The notes under the pieces: generated by a model
The model's input: the letters and a program-made list of their open reading frames with translations, nothing else
Databases searched by the model: none
Told to the model about the DNA's origin: nothing
Source: an uncultured Gammaproteobacteria bacterium
GTDB lineage: Bacteria; Pseudomonadota; Gammaproteobacteria; Arenicellales; JAANXG01
Assembly (NCBI GenBank): GCA_947258495.1
Contig: CAMYIN010000164.1
Location: forward strand, 8,111 to 72,110
DNA: 64,000 nt
Direction: 5' to 3'
Shown: positions 32,145 to 41,853 of the stretch, one piece after another
How the letters are laid out: every line of letters begins with the position of its first letter
Position numbering within the stretch: position 1 is the stretch's first letter
Made by a program: the position numbers and the translations under genes

Positions 32145-32439
32145 AAAGGGCATGAAGCACCTGGCGTCGAACTATCGCTGTCGATACGGGGAAATCGACC
32201 TGGTAATGGAAGACGGTGAATACGTGGTCTTTGTGGAAGTGAGATACAGGACAAGTGAGCGTTTCGGCGGCGCACTGGCGAGTGTCGACACACACAAACA
32301 AAACAAACTGCGGGCCTGCGCTGAGCACTATCGTCAAAGACACCGCAGCCATGGCAACCGCCCGTGTCGTTTCGATGTCGTATCTGTCACCACTGGCGGC
32401 GACGTGTTTGAACCGGACTGGGTGAGAGACGCATTTTGA
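32065..32439 (+). CDS. yraN: YraN family (UPF0102) endonuclease-like protein
   Basis: ENEARDYLVRRKG...RCRYGEIDLVMEDG...VFVEVRYR core. Start uncertain (TTG 32065 proposed; listed ATG 32002 overlaps lpoA by 143 nt). Confidence 0.8.
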   Translation: MGAHKLAIHLERGRWAENEARDYLVRRKGMKHLASNYRCRYGEIDLVMEDGEYVVFVEVRYRTSERFGGALASVDTHKQNKLRACAEHYRQRHRSHGNRPCRFDVVSVTTGGDVFEPDWVRDAF

Positions 32440-33787
<1,348 letters not shown>

Positions 33788-33791
<4 letters not shown>

Positions 33792-34276
33792 CATCGACCG
33801 CCGGCAAAATCGTTACCGGTCCCGCGCAGCTTGCGCATGTTCTTGACACAGCGACGCTGGCCCGCCCCCTGGTGTTTACCAACGGATGTTTCGACATCCT
33901 TCATCGCGGGCACGTGAACTATCTGGAACGCGCCGCAGAATTGGGAAAGGCCTTGATCGTCGCGGTCAACAGCGACGCCTCGGTGCGGAGGCTGAATAAA
34001 GGCGGCGATCGACCCATTAATTCCCTCGAAGATCGAGCTGTGGTTTTGGCGGCTCTCGCTTGCGTCGATCTCGTGGTGCCTTTCGAGGACGATACGCCGT
34101 TGTCCTTAATCGTCAGGATCCGGCCCGACCACCTGGTGAAGGGCGGGGATTGGCCGGTCGAAGATATCGTGGGCGCGAAGGAAGTGCTGGCGTACGGCGG
34201 TGAGGTGCATTCGCTTCCGATTACCTTTCCGCGCTCCACCACCGAATTGATACGGCGTATCCGCGGGAAGAGTTGA
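33788..34276 (+). CDS. rfaE2: D-glycero-beta-D-manno-heptose 1-phosphate adenylyltransferase (RfaE domain II, stand-alone)
   Basis: Cytidylyltransferase motif FTNGCFDILHRGHVNYLERA; 162 aa; TTG start overlapping the dolP stop. Confidence 0.85.
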
Positions 34277-34314
34277 CGCGTCAGCGTGCCCGCACGCTGC
34301 AGGGGAACTGTTGA

Positions 34315-35511
34315 TCAGAAATACGCTTCAATGACCTTGCGCGCGACGTAGGCGGATTTTACCGTCCACCGCTCCTCGTTCACCGTGAGCGACGCATATG
34401 CGATCTTTCTGTCGCCGGATCTGGCGTAGCCGACAAACCAGTCGTTGCGGCCTTTCGGCGACAATCCGGTCAAAGAACCCGTTTTACCGCCGACCTCGAC
34501 GTGTCGATACTGGCCTCGGAAAAATCGGCGAAATCCGTTCCGTGCCGAGCCTTTCATCACCGTCTCCCGCATCAAGCGCTGCAGTTTTTCAGCCGTCTGC
34601 GGAGTAATCGAGGGGGGCAAAACCTGCGGTTCATTGGTGTACAGCGGTACGCCGAATTCGTCGTTCAACGCCTTGACGAGAAACGGTTCGATCATGACCC
34701 CGTCGTTGACGACGGCGCCCGCCAACATCGCTCCGTGCCAGGGGCTCAGGGTATTGTCGCGTGTGAAACCGGATGCGGTTTCCGCGAGTGACCATTCATC
34801 GTCCGATGACAGCAAAATCATACTCGGCGCAACCAAGACATCGCCGGCAAATTCCCGATTGAACGCGAAACGATCGGCGTATTCCAGCAAGGTCTCAGCT
34901 CCCAGCTGGAAGACGCCAAGACGGGCGAAGACCGGATTTATCGACTGGGCAAACGCCTCCGTCAACGTGGGACGACGGGTCCACTTGGTGTCACGATGGC
35001 GAAACACTTGTCGTTTGTACAAACTGGTACGTTTGCCGTTAAAGGGAAGAATCGTTTCCGGATCAACCTTGCCGCGATCGATTGCCGCGGCCGCCGTCAC
35101 GATCTTGAATACCGAGGCAGCGGGATAGTGATTCCGTAGCGCCAGGTTACCCAGCCCGGTCTGCTTCTTCTCCCAGCTGGCCAACGCAAGGATCTCGCCC
35201 GTCGTGGGTTCGAGGGCGACGAACGCCGCGTAGTCCGGTTTGTAACGTCGATAAATCCCCTCCAGGACCGCCTGTATATCGGGATTGAGCGTATATTTGA
35301 CGCGTGCCTCATATTCCCGGCCGTGGCCGGACAAGGTCACGGTTTCGGGGTATTTGTTACGCTTGACGTATTCTGTGAGAATCTCGGCGATCGCCGCCTG
35401 ATCGATGCCAAATACATCCGAACGGTCGAAACGCACCGCCGCGAGTTCTACGGGGATGATGGTTAAATAGAACCACAGCGCGCCGGCCAGCAGTCCAATA
35501 TACCTTCGCAT
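34315..35511 (-). CDS. Membrane-anchored penicillin-binding (transpeptidase-fold) protein
   Basis: Start ATG 35511 (MRRYIGLLAGALWFYLTIIP TM anchor). SVFK (SxxK), SIN (SxN) and KTGS (KTG) motifs. The listed longer ORF overlaps the macro gene. Confidence 0.8.
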   Translation of the reverse strand: MRRYIGLLAGALWFYLTIIPVELAAVRFDRSDVFGIDQAAIAEILTEYVKRNKYPETVTLSGHGREYEARVKYTLNPDIQAVLEGIYRRYKPDYAAFVALEPTTGEILALASWEKKQTGLGNLALRNHYPAASVFKIVTAAAAIDRGKVDPETILPFNGKRTSLYKRQVFRHRDTKWTRRPTLTEAFAQSINPVFARLGVFQLGAETLLEYADRFAFNREFAGDVLVAPSMILLSSDDEWSLAETASGFTRDNTLSPWHGAMLAGAVVNDGVMIEPFLVKALNDEFGVPLYTNEPQVLPPSITPQTAEKLQRLMRETVMKGSARNGFRRFFRGQYRHVEVGGKTGSLTGLSPKGRNDWFVGYARSGDRKIAYASLTVNEERWTVKSAYVARKVIEAYF

Positions 35512-35512
35512 A

Positions 35513-36016
35513 TCAGCTGGCCGCTCCGGGCGCTGCCAATTCCCTGTATATGTCAGCGTCCTCGCCGCTGAAACAGCAGCAGATAATCGCCTCGAAACGC
35601 GCGTCGTATTGGCGCATGACCGACAACGCGATCTCGGCGGCATCCTGTTTCGGGTAGGCGTAAACCCCGGTGCTGATGCCCGGGAATGCGATGCTCTGTA
35701 CGCCGTTTACGCTGCCGAGCTCAAGGGAATCTCTGTAGCACGACTCCAGCAGCGCGGCTTCTCCGTGACCACCGCCCCGCCACACGGGGCCGACGGTGTG
35801 AATAACCCACTTTGCCGGCAACCGGAAGCCGGGTGTGATGCGGGCCTTACCCGTCGGACAGCCGCCTATCGTCTTACACGCCTCCAGCAACTCAGGTCCT
35901 GCCGCACGGTGTATGGCGCCGTCCACGCCTCCGCCGCCCAACAAACTGGTATTCGCGGCGTTCACGATGGCATCAACGCTGAGACTGGTGATATCTCCCT
36001 GCACTACCTTGATCAT
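35513..36016 (-). CDS. Macro-domain protein (O-acetyl-ADP-ribose deacetylase, YmdB-like)
   Basis: [36 protein letters not shown] and [12 protein letters not shown] motifs. Confidence 0.9.
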   Translation of the reverse strand: MIKVVQGDITSLSVDAIVNAANTSLLGGGGVDGAIHRAAGPELLEACKTIGGCPTGKARITPGFRLPAKWVIHTVGPVWRGGGHGEAALLESCYRDSLELGSVNGVQSIAFPGISTGVYAYPKQDAAEIALSVMRQYDARFEAIICCCFSGEDADIYRELAAPGAAS

Positions 36017-36128
36017 GCGACGCTATTAAATCGCAACTCGGCGACAAAGTGAACCGCCGACCGGCATAACGACCTTGATGTGTGTACCGCACCGGCCTAA
36101 ATAAGGTTTTAGCTGCTATACTGAATCG

Positions 36129-36665
36129 ATGCAAATGCGGGATCAATTTTTCAACATGGCCCTGTGCGCGAGTATCGTCTCGTCTCTTTTGCCGTCCACA
36201 GCGGCGGCGCAAGCCCCCAATGCGCCGTCCCTCACGGGCGATATTATTCTTGGATATTTACAGCGGGACGTGTTTCTCAATCCAGGCCGGGGATTACAAA
36301 AAGTCAAAATCGGTCAAGCATTTACTCGAGCCGCGAATACGTGGGGTCCGCCGAAACGGATCAAGAAACGGATGTTGAGCGCAAACCAGAGCTGGATCTA
36401 TCAATCGGACGACGGGACGCTTTTGATTCTGAATGGAGAAAAGACGATTGAGAGAATAACCGTAACGGGCAAACCGAATTCGCAGTATCAAACCGTGGAC
36501 GGCGTGCGCTTCGGCATGACTCCAAAAGACGTTGTGGGTTTCTATTCAGGTCCGCGACCCGTCGGCGGCGTCAAACGACTTGCTTATCCGCGCCGCGGCA
36601 TCGCCTTCGACTTCAAACACGGCAAATTACACAGCATCGACGTACACGCGCCCACTGCGCCATAG
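36129..36665 (+). CDS. Hypothetical secreted protein
   Basis: Signal-peptide-like N-terminus (MALCASIVSSLLPSTAAAQA); no recognised motif; lower GC than neighbours. Confidence 0.55.
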   Translation: MQMRDQFFNMALCASIVSSLLPSTAAAQAPNAPSLTGDIILGYLQRDVFLNPGRGLQKVKIGQAFTRAANTWGPPKRIKKRMLSANQSWIYQSDDGTLLILNGEKTIERITVTGKPNSQYQTVDGVRFGMTPKDVVGFYSGPRPVGGVKRLAYPRRGIAFDFKHGKLHSIDVHAPTAP

Positions 36666-36678
36666 CCAGCGACTGTCA

Positions 36679-36704
36679 CACGCACCGGAGATGATGAGTG
36701 CGTG
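36679..36704. terminator. Candidate bidirectional hairpin between convergent genes
   Basis: CACGCAC (36679-36685) pairs with GTGCGTG (36698-36704) around a 12-nt loop. Lies between the stops at 36665 and 36709. No strong U-tract. Confidence 0.3.
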
Positions 36705-36708
36705 AAAT

Positions 36709-37239
36709 TCAACGGTAGCGGCGAGCATCGAATGGCGCCGGGAGATATCGCTCAAGCTCCTTCAGCGCCGTGACATAGACTTGGCGTTTGAAATCGACGA
36801 TCTGTTCCACCGCTCCCCAGTAATCGATCCACCGCCACTCGTCGAATTCCGGCTTCGTCGACGTGTCGAGGCACACCTCGGAATCGTCACACATGAGACG
36901 CAGCAGGTACCAGAGCTGCTTCTGGCCGAAAAACACGGATTTGCTCCTCGATTTCTTCTGCCTTCGCAATCTGGGAGGCAGATCGTATTTCAGCCAGCTG
37001 CGGGTTCTCGCGATCACCGTGACCTGCTCACGCGTGAGACCCACCTCTTCGTAAAGCTCCCGAAATAATGCCTGCTCGGGCGTTTCATCGGGGCGCACTC
37101 CGCCCTGCGGGAATTGCCAACCATCGTGGGTTCGGCGTCTTGCCCACAAGACTTGGAAGGAGTTGTTGAAAAGGACGATGCCGACGTTTGGTCGGTAGCC
37201 GTCATCCTCCAATTTTCGCTCCGAATTTGGCCCAGCCAT
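36709..37239 (-). CDS. rppH: RNA pyrophosphohydrolase RppH (NudH)
   Basis: DDGYRPNVGIVLFN...WQFPQGGV...E...A..RELYEEVGL Nudix box and C-terminal PEFDEWRWIDYW, near-collinear with E. coli RppH. Confidence 0.95.
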   Translation of the reverse strand: MAGPNSERKLEDDGYRPNVGIVLFNNSFQVLWARRRTHDGWQFPQGGVRPDETPEQALFRELYEEVGLTREQVTVIARTRSWLKYDLPPRLRRQKKSRSKSVFFGQKQLWYLLRLMCDDSEVCLDTSTKPEFDEWRWIDYWGAVEQIVDFKRQVYVTALKELERYLPAPFDARRYR

Positions 37240-37382
37240 CGACGTTTCACCAGAGGTAACTGGTAGATTATTGTTTCACGAAGATTCCGATGTCGCAAAC
37301 AGCGCCCGGCAATCCCCTATTTACATTTACAGGCCGGCCGCTATGCTGTGCCACGGTGTGAATCTCTGCCGTTAGACCTCTG

Positions 37383-38048
37383 ATGACGCTCGCCATTTTC
37401 GATCTCGATCACACGCTGCTCAGCGGCGACAGCGACCACGCCTGGGGGTTGTATCTCGCGGAGCTCCGCGTGGTGGACGCGGAACACCACCGCCGGAAAC
37501 AGGAGCGCTACTTCGCGGATTACCGCGCCGGCAAGCTGGATATAGATGAATTCCTGCGCTTCCAGCTGCAAGCGCTGAAAGACAACGATCGATCGGATCT
37601 GGAAAAGTGGCGAGCGGCCTTTGTCGAGGAAAAAATACTGCCCATGATGAGCCGCCACGCCATCGACCTGGTTGCGCGTCACCGCGATCAGGGGCATACC
37701 CTGATGATCATAACCGCGACCAACCGATTTATTACCCAACCGATCGCCGAGCGGTTTGAAGTCGACGTTCTGATCGCCACGGAACCGGACGAAGTCGATG
37801 GTCGTTTTACCGGCGAAGTGCGGGGCGTCCCCTGTTTCCAGAGCGGTAAAGTGAAGCTGCTGCAGGACTGGCTTCGGCATAACGGCATGGACCCGAGCGA
37901 CAGTTGGTGTTACACCGATTCCCACAACGACCTTCCGCTCTTGCGTCTGGTCGATCATCCCGTCGCGGTCAATCCCGACGCCGTGCTGGCGGAGGAAGCG
38001 CGACGAAACGGCTGGCCGATACTGGAGTTCGGCCCCGCAACGAATTGA
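37383..38048 (+). CDS. HAD-IB family hydrolase (SerB-like)
   Basis: DxDxT motif IFDLDHTLL; ITATN; C-terminal YTDSHNDLPLL; divergent from rppH as in pseudomonads. Confidence 0.85.
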   Translation: MTLAIFDLDHTLLSGDSDHAWGLYLAELRVVDAEHHRRKQERYFADYRAGKLDIDEFLRFQLQALKDNDRSDLEKWRAAFVEEKILPMMSRHAIDLVARHRDQGHTLMIITATNRFITQPIAERFEVDVLIATEPDEVDGRFTGEVRGVPCFQSGKVKLLQDWLRHNGMDPSDSWCYTDSHNDLPLLRLVDHPVAVNPDAVLAEEARRNGWPILEFGPATN

Positions 38049-38097
38049 AACCGCTTGCCGTGGTGGCTGCGACCGGTGCCGCTACGAGGGCCGAACG

Positions 38098-38445
38098 TCA
38101 GGCGTCCTCGTCGCGATATTTCTCGTAGTGCAGGCGAAACAACCGCTCCAGTTCATCGATGATCTCTTCGGCGTCCCTGCCCTGAATAATGTGTTGCGTC
38201 ATGAGGCCGGATGCGCGATCGAGCAGTTCTCTCGTGTCCAGCATATGGTAGCTGTTGGTTAATCGCTTCATGGCGCCTACCACACTTTCTTTGTCGGGCC
38301 TTGCGATTTCCAGCGGTTCCACGTTGGCCGCATCGTCCACCCCGGTTCGGTCAACGAGGTACTGGGCGTAATCCAGCAGACTCTCCTTTGCGCTTCCGCT
38401 CAGACGTCGAAACAAGCGCAGCAGTCGGGTCTCGGCGGGGTTCAT
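38098..38445 (-). CDS. Hypothetical small acidic protein
   Basis: 115-aa ORF, 36 nt downstream of the LysR gene on the same strand; helical and acidic; no recognised motif. Confidence 0.5.
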   Translation of the reverse strand: MNPAETRLLRLFRRLSGSAKESLLDYAQYLVDRTGVDDAANVEPLEIARPDKESVVGAMKRLTNSYHMLDTRELLDRASGLMTQHIIQGRDAEEIIDELERLFRLHYEKYRDEDA

Positions 38446-38480
38446 CGGCGGAAACCGCGTTGCAGGTCTGGCGACTGATA

Positions 38481-39377
38481 TTATCTCTTGTCGCAGCGTT
38501 GCTCTGCGAACTTCAGAAACTCTTCCATCGCACGCAATCGAAACTTCTGGCGCTGGTACACGATGGAGAAGGGGCGCGTCATGGGAGGATCCAGCGGTAC
38601 CGCTGTGAGCGTCCCCAGCTTGAGTTCCTTGTTGAGGGTGGATTCCGAAATCAGCGTGACTCCGAGTCCGGATTCCACCGCGCTCTTGATCGACTCCGGG
38701 CTGCCGAATTCCATGATCAAGTTCAAGTCATTGAGCGAGAAGCCACGCTTTTTCAGGTATTGAGCGATAACGTTTCGGGTGCCCGAACCTTCTTCTCTGC
38801 AGATGAACGGGACCGGCAGGATCTCTTTGATGGCGACGGAATTTTTCGAACCCAGTGGGTGATTGGGCGGGCACACCAGCATCAGCTGATCGTGCCAGCA
38901 GACCTTCACGACCAGGTTCTTGTTCTGCACCGGCGCCTCGACGATTCCCACATCGATCTCGTTGTTTTCGACCATATGCACGATGCCGACGGTATTGGAA
39001 ACCCGCAACCTGAGCTTCACGTCCTGAAACTGGGACTGAAACTCCCCGAGCAGACTCGGGAGCCGATACTCCGCGATGGTGGTGCTGGCTCCGACCACAA
39101 GGATGCCGATGACGTCCCCGGTCAAGGTGCGCACCTGGTTGTCCATCTCGTTGTACAAGGCAATGATGCGCTCGGCGTACCCGTAGACGTGCTCACCGGC
39201 CTCGGTAAGGCTGATCTTGTTGTGGGTACGGTCGAACAGGCGGGTGTTGAAGTATTCCTCGAGTTGCCGAATTTGGAAGGTGACCGCCGGCTGGGTCATG
39301 TGCAGCGATTCCGCGGCCTTGGTGAAACTCAGCAACTTCGCGACGGTGTAAAACACCTGTAGACGGCGATCCGCCAT
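38481..39377 (-). CDS. LysR family transcriptional regulator
   Basis: N-terminal wHTH LQVFYTVAKLLSFTKAAESLHMTQPAVTFQIRQLEEYF; LysR substrate-binding-domain length. Confidence 0.93.
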   Translation of the reverse strand: MADRRLQVFYTVAKLLSFTKAAESLHMTQPAVTFQIRQLEEYFNTRLFDRTHNKISLTEAGEHVYGYAERIIALYNEMDNQVRTLTGDVIGILVVGASTTIAEYRLPSLLGEFQSQFQDVKLRLRVSNTVGIVHMVENNEIDVGIVEAPVQNKNLVVKVCWHDQLMLVCPPNHPLGSKNSVAIKEILPVPFICREEGSGTRNVIAQYLKKRGFSLNDLNLIMEFGSPESIKSAVESGLGVTLISESTLNKELKLGTLTAVPLDPPMTRPFSIVYQRQKFRLRAMEEFLKFAEQRCDKR

Positions 39378-39730
39378 ACGGTCATAAATGGAGTTGTTGC
39401 AATGTCCCCCGATTATAAGGAGTTTTTATGGCCCGCGCGAACGACCAGACTACCTCGATCCGCGTGGTGTGCGCCCGCCCGCGCCGGGCCGGAGGCCCTG
39501 GGATTGCGACGACGACACCCTGGACCGGCCGCGGGCTTGGAAAGCTCGGGGCGAGGACCGCGACGCGGCGGCCTCGGCAGGGACGCCGGCGCCGAGCCTA
39601 CTAAGGAGGTATCTCCGGCGCGTCCCGGGAAGGGTTCCTCGGTTCGGCGTGGCGCATTCGAAATGCATACTCCGATTCGGAGTAGCACGATCAAACCGAG
39701 CCCCGTATACGCCGATTGCAGCGTGACGGA

Positions 39731-39780
39731 CCGTTGCAACTCCCCGCGTTCATGCGCGGGGGCTTGTTCCGCGATAACAG
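39731..39780. repeat. Palindromic repeat unit related to the 2248-2392 cluster
   Basis: CCGTTGCAACT-CCCCGCG-TTCATG-CGCGGGG-GCTTGTTCCGCGATAACAG. The left flank matches 2237-2266 and the right flank matches 2388-2410. Confidence 0.6.
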
Positions 39781-39873
39781 GACTGTGTAGGGGTGGATTC
39801 CGGGGGCCGTCCCCGGCCGCGGTATTCGACCGCGATTCGTCGCCGGGCGGCGAACGCAATGCACTCCGGGCTT

Positions 39874-41034
39874 CTAGAATCCGTCCAATTTGAGTCGCAG
39901 ATCCGTGGGGCTGCTGGCGTGCTGCAGTGCGGTTTCCTCCGTAATCTCGCCGCTACGACACAATTCGAACAGATGCTGGTCAAACGACAGCATACCCTCG
40001 ACTGTGGACTCCTTGCGCACCAGGTCGGCGATCTCTTTTACCCGTAGCGGGTCGAGTATCAGTTCCCGCACGCGCTGGCTGACCGTCATGACCTCGCAAG
40101 CCACCACCCGGCCCTCGCCGTCGGCCTTCGGCAGCAGCCGTTGGGCCACCACCGCGAGCAGATTTTGCGCCAGTTTGGAGCGGATAGTGGGCTGGGCGTC
40201 GGGGCTGAAGGAGGAAATGATGCGGGTCACCGTTTCCGCGGTGGCCGGAGAGTGCAGGGTCGATAACACCAGGTGACCGGTCTCCGCGGCGGTGAGCGCG
40301 GTTTCGATGGTCTCGGGGTCGCGCATCTCTCCAAGCAGAATCACGTCGGGGTCCTCGCGCAGCGCCGCCTTCATGGACATTGCGAACGTGGTCGCGTCGA
40401 CACCCAATTCCCGCTGGGAAATGATGCATCGGTTCTCGTTGAAAATGAATTCTACCGGGTCCTCGATGGTGATGATGTGCTTGGCGAATTGAAAATTGAT
40501 TTCGTTTATCAGAGACGCCAGCGTCGTCGACTTGCCCGATCCGGTGGCACCGGTCAACAGCACCAAGCCGCGCTCGAAGCGCGTGAAATCGTTGATCATG
40601 GGCGGCAGTTTCAACTCCTCCGGGGTCGGGATCTGCGTCTGAATGACGCGCAGCGCCATGCCGATAGTTCCGCGCTGATAATAGGCGTTCACCCGCACCC
40701 GGCCGATGCCTTTGAGACCGAACGACAGGTCGACCTGGTAATCCCTTTGGAAGATCTCCCAGTGCCGGGGACTCATTATCTTCTGCGACAGCACCTCCAT
40801 ATCCGTGACCGTCAGCGCTGGAAACTGGCGCAGAGGTCGCAGAATACTGTCGATGCGAACCACGGGATGGTTCTTGGCGCGAAAATGTATGTCCGACGCC
40901 CGGTGCCGAACCGCGGTGGCCAGGACCAGGCCAAGATACTTGAGCGGGTCGCCGGATTCGCTCGACGGCTGCGGCACGTCGATCGAAGGGACCTGTGAAA
41001 TCGTGGACGGATCCGGGTTATTGACCTTTTCCAT
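39874..41034 (-). CDS. PilT/PilU-family type IV pilus retraction-type ATPase (orphan paralogue)
   Basis: Walker A GATGSGKST; Asp box ITIEDPVE; Walker B DVILLGEMRD; His box GHLVLSTLH. ~35-aa Pro/Ser-rich N-terminal extension. Confidence 0.88.
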   Translation of the reverse strand: MEKVNNPDPSTISQVPSIDVPQPSSESGDPLKYLGLVLATAVRHRASDIHFRAKNHPVVRIDSILRPLRQFPALTVTDMEVLSQKIMSPRHWEIFQRDYQVDLSFGLKGIGRVRVNAYYQRGTIGMALRVIQTQIPTPEELKLPPMINDFTRFERGLVLLTGATGSGKSTTLASLINEINFQFAKHIITIEDPVEFIFNENRCIISQRELGVDATTFAMSMKAALREDPDVILLGEMRDPETIETALTAAETGHLVLSTLHSPATAETVTRIISSFSPDAQPTIRSKLAQNLLAVVAQRLLPKADGEGRVVACEVMTVSQRVRELILDPLRVKEIADLVRKESTVEGMLSFDQHLFELCRSGEITEETALQHASSPTDLRLKLDGF

Positions 41035-41243
41035 ATTTTCTTACCACCTGGGTTGCGGGGGCGCCCACATCTTACGTCCAAATTCAGGTCGTCACCAACC
41101 CCGGCACCCCGTAAATTGAGTACTCTTCAAAGAATAGCAACTGGCGATGAATATGGAAGCCGTCGGCACGCAAACCTGGGCCGACTGACCTAGGCCGTGA
41201 GTGTCCGCCGACGTGGCAGGAAGCGGTTGTGCCCGCCCCCCGC

Positions 41244-41759
41244 TCAGGGGCAGGCGTCGAAGGAGGCGGGGACCTGTCCGACGAGGAGGAGAAACTTCTT
41301 GAAGGGACCCATGTTGTTCATGGCCTCCATCTTCGGCCCCGAAAACTTGAGCCGAAAGGTCATCATGGCCCACATGGGACCGTACTTGCCGTTACCCATC
41401 TCCGCCCAGCGCTTGGTCTTGGCGTGCATGATGTAGTCGACGTCCAGATCCGGTTCGTTTTCCACGGCGCCACCGTACACGCACATTGCCTTGTCGTCTT
41501 TGGGTGCGATGCGCAGCTCCACCCGGGGACTCTCAGCGCAGTCGGTGCGATACACGTGGAGCAGTTTCTGCCCTCGATCTTTGTCGTTGGTAATCCAGCC
41601 GGATTCAACCAGCTCGCTAGTGAGCACGGGCTCCGCGTTCCAGGCCTCGCACGCCTTTGCCCCCCACTCGGAGGACATCAAAACGGTGTCCGCGATCGCG
41701 GCTGTGCTAAGGGTGAGCGCTGCGGCGGCAGCGCAATTGAAATAAAACCATCTCTTCAT
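41244..41759 (-). CDS. Secreted SCP2 (sterol-carrier-like) domain protein
   Basis: ATG 41759 gives signal peptide MKRWFYFNCAAAAALTLSTAAIA. The remaining ~150 aa resembles the SCP2 lipid-binding fold (WNAEP...RVELRIAP...GPMWAMMTFRLKFSGPKMEAM). Confidence 0.65.
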   Translation of the reverse strand: MKRWFYFNCAAAAALTLSTAAIADTVLMSSEWGAKACEAWNAEPVLTSELVESGWITNDKDRGQKLLHVYRTDCAESPRVELRIAPKDDKAMCVYGGAVENEPDLDVDYIMHAKTKRWAEMGNGKYGPMWAMMTFRLKFSGPKMEAMNNMGPFKKFLLLVGQVPASFDACP

Positions 41760-41853
41760 GCGGAAATCTCTGGTCGGGGGTTTTCGGGGCCTCAACGACG
41801 ACCGGGGCCCGGGTCACACGCCGACCCGCGGCCCCGTGCGTGCTCCCGTACGC

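Noticed and set aside
39602-39610. Perfect Shine-Dalgarno-like TAAGGAGGT in the non-coding region, suggesting a hidden small ORF
   Set aside because: No ATG/GTG/TTG lies within 4-12 nt downstream in any frame that yields a plausible peptide. The string is also one arm of a GGAG/CTCC hairpin.
39699-39740. GAGCCCCGTATACGCCGATTGCAGCGTGACGGACCGTT resembles group II intron domain V, and a GTGCG string lies at about 39469
   Set aside because: The lower helix and the 2-nt bulge do not pair as in domain V. The loop is 8 nt rather than GNRA. The interval is about 300 nt, too short for a ribozyme, and there is no RT/maturase ORF. At most it is a decayed fragment.
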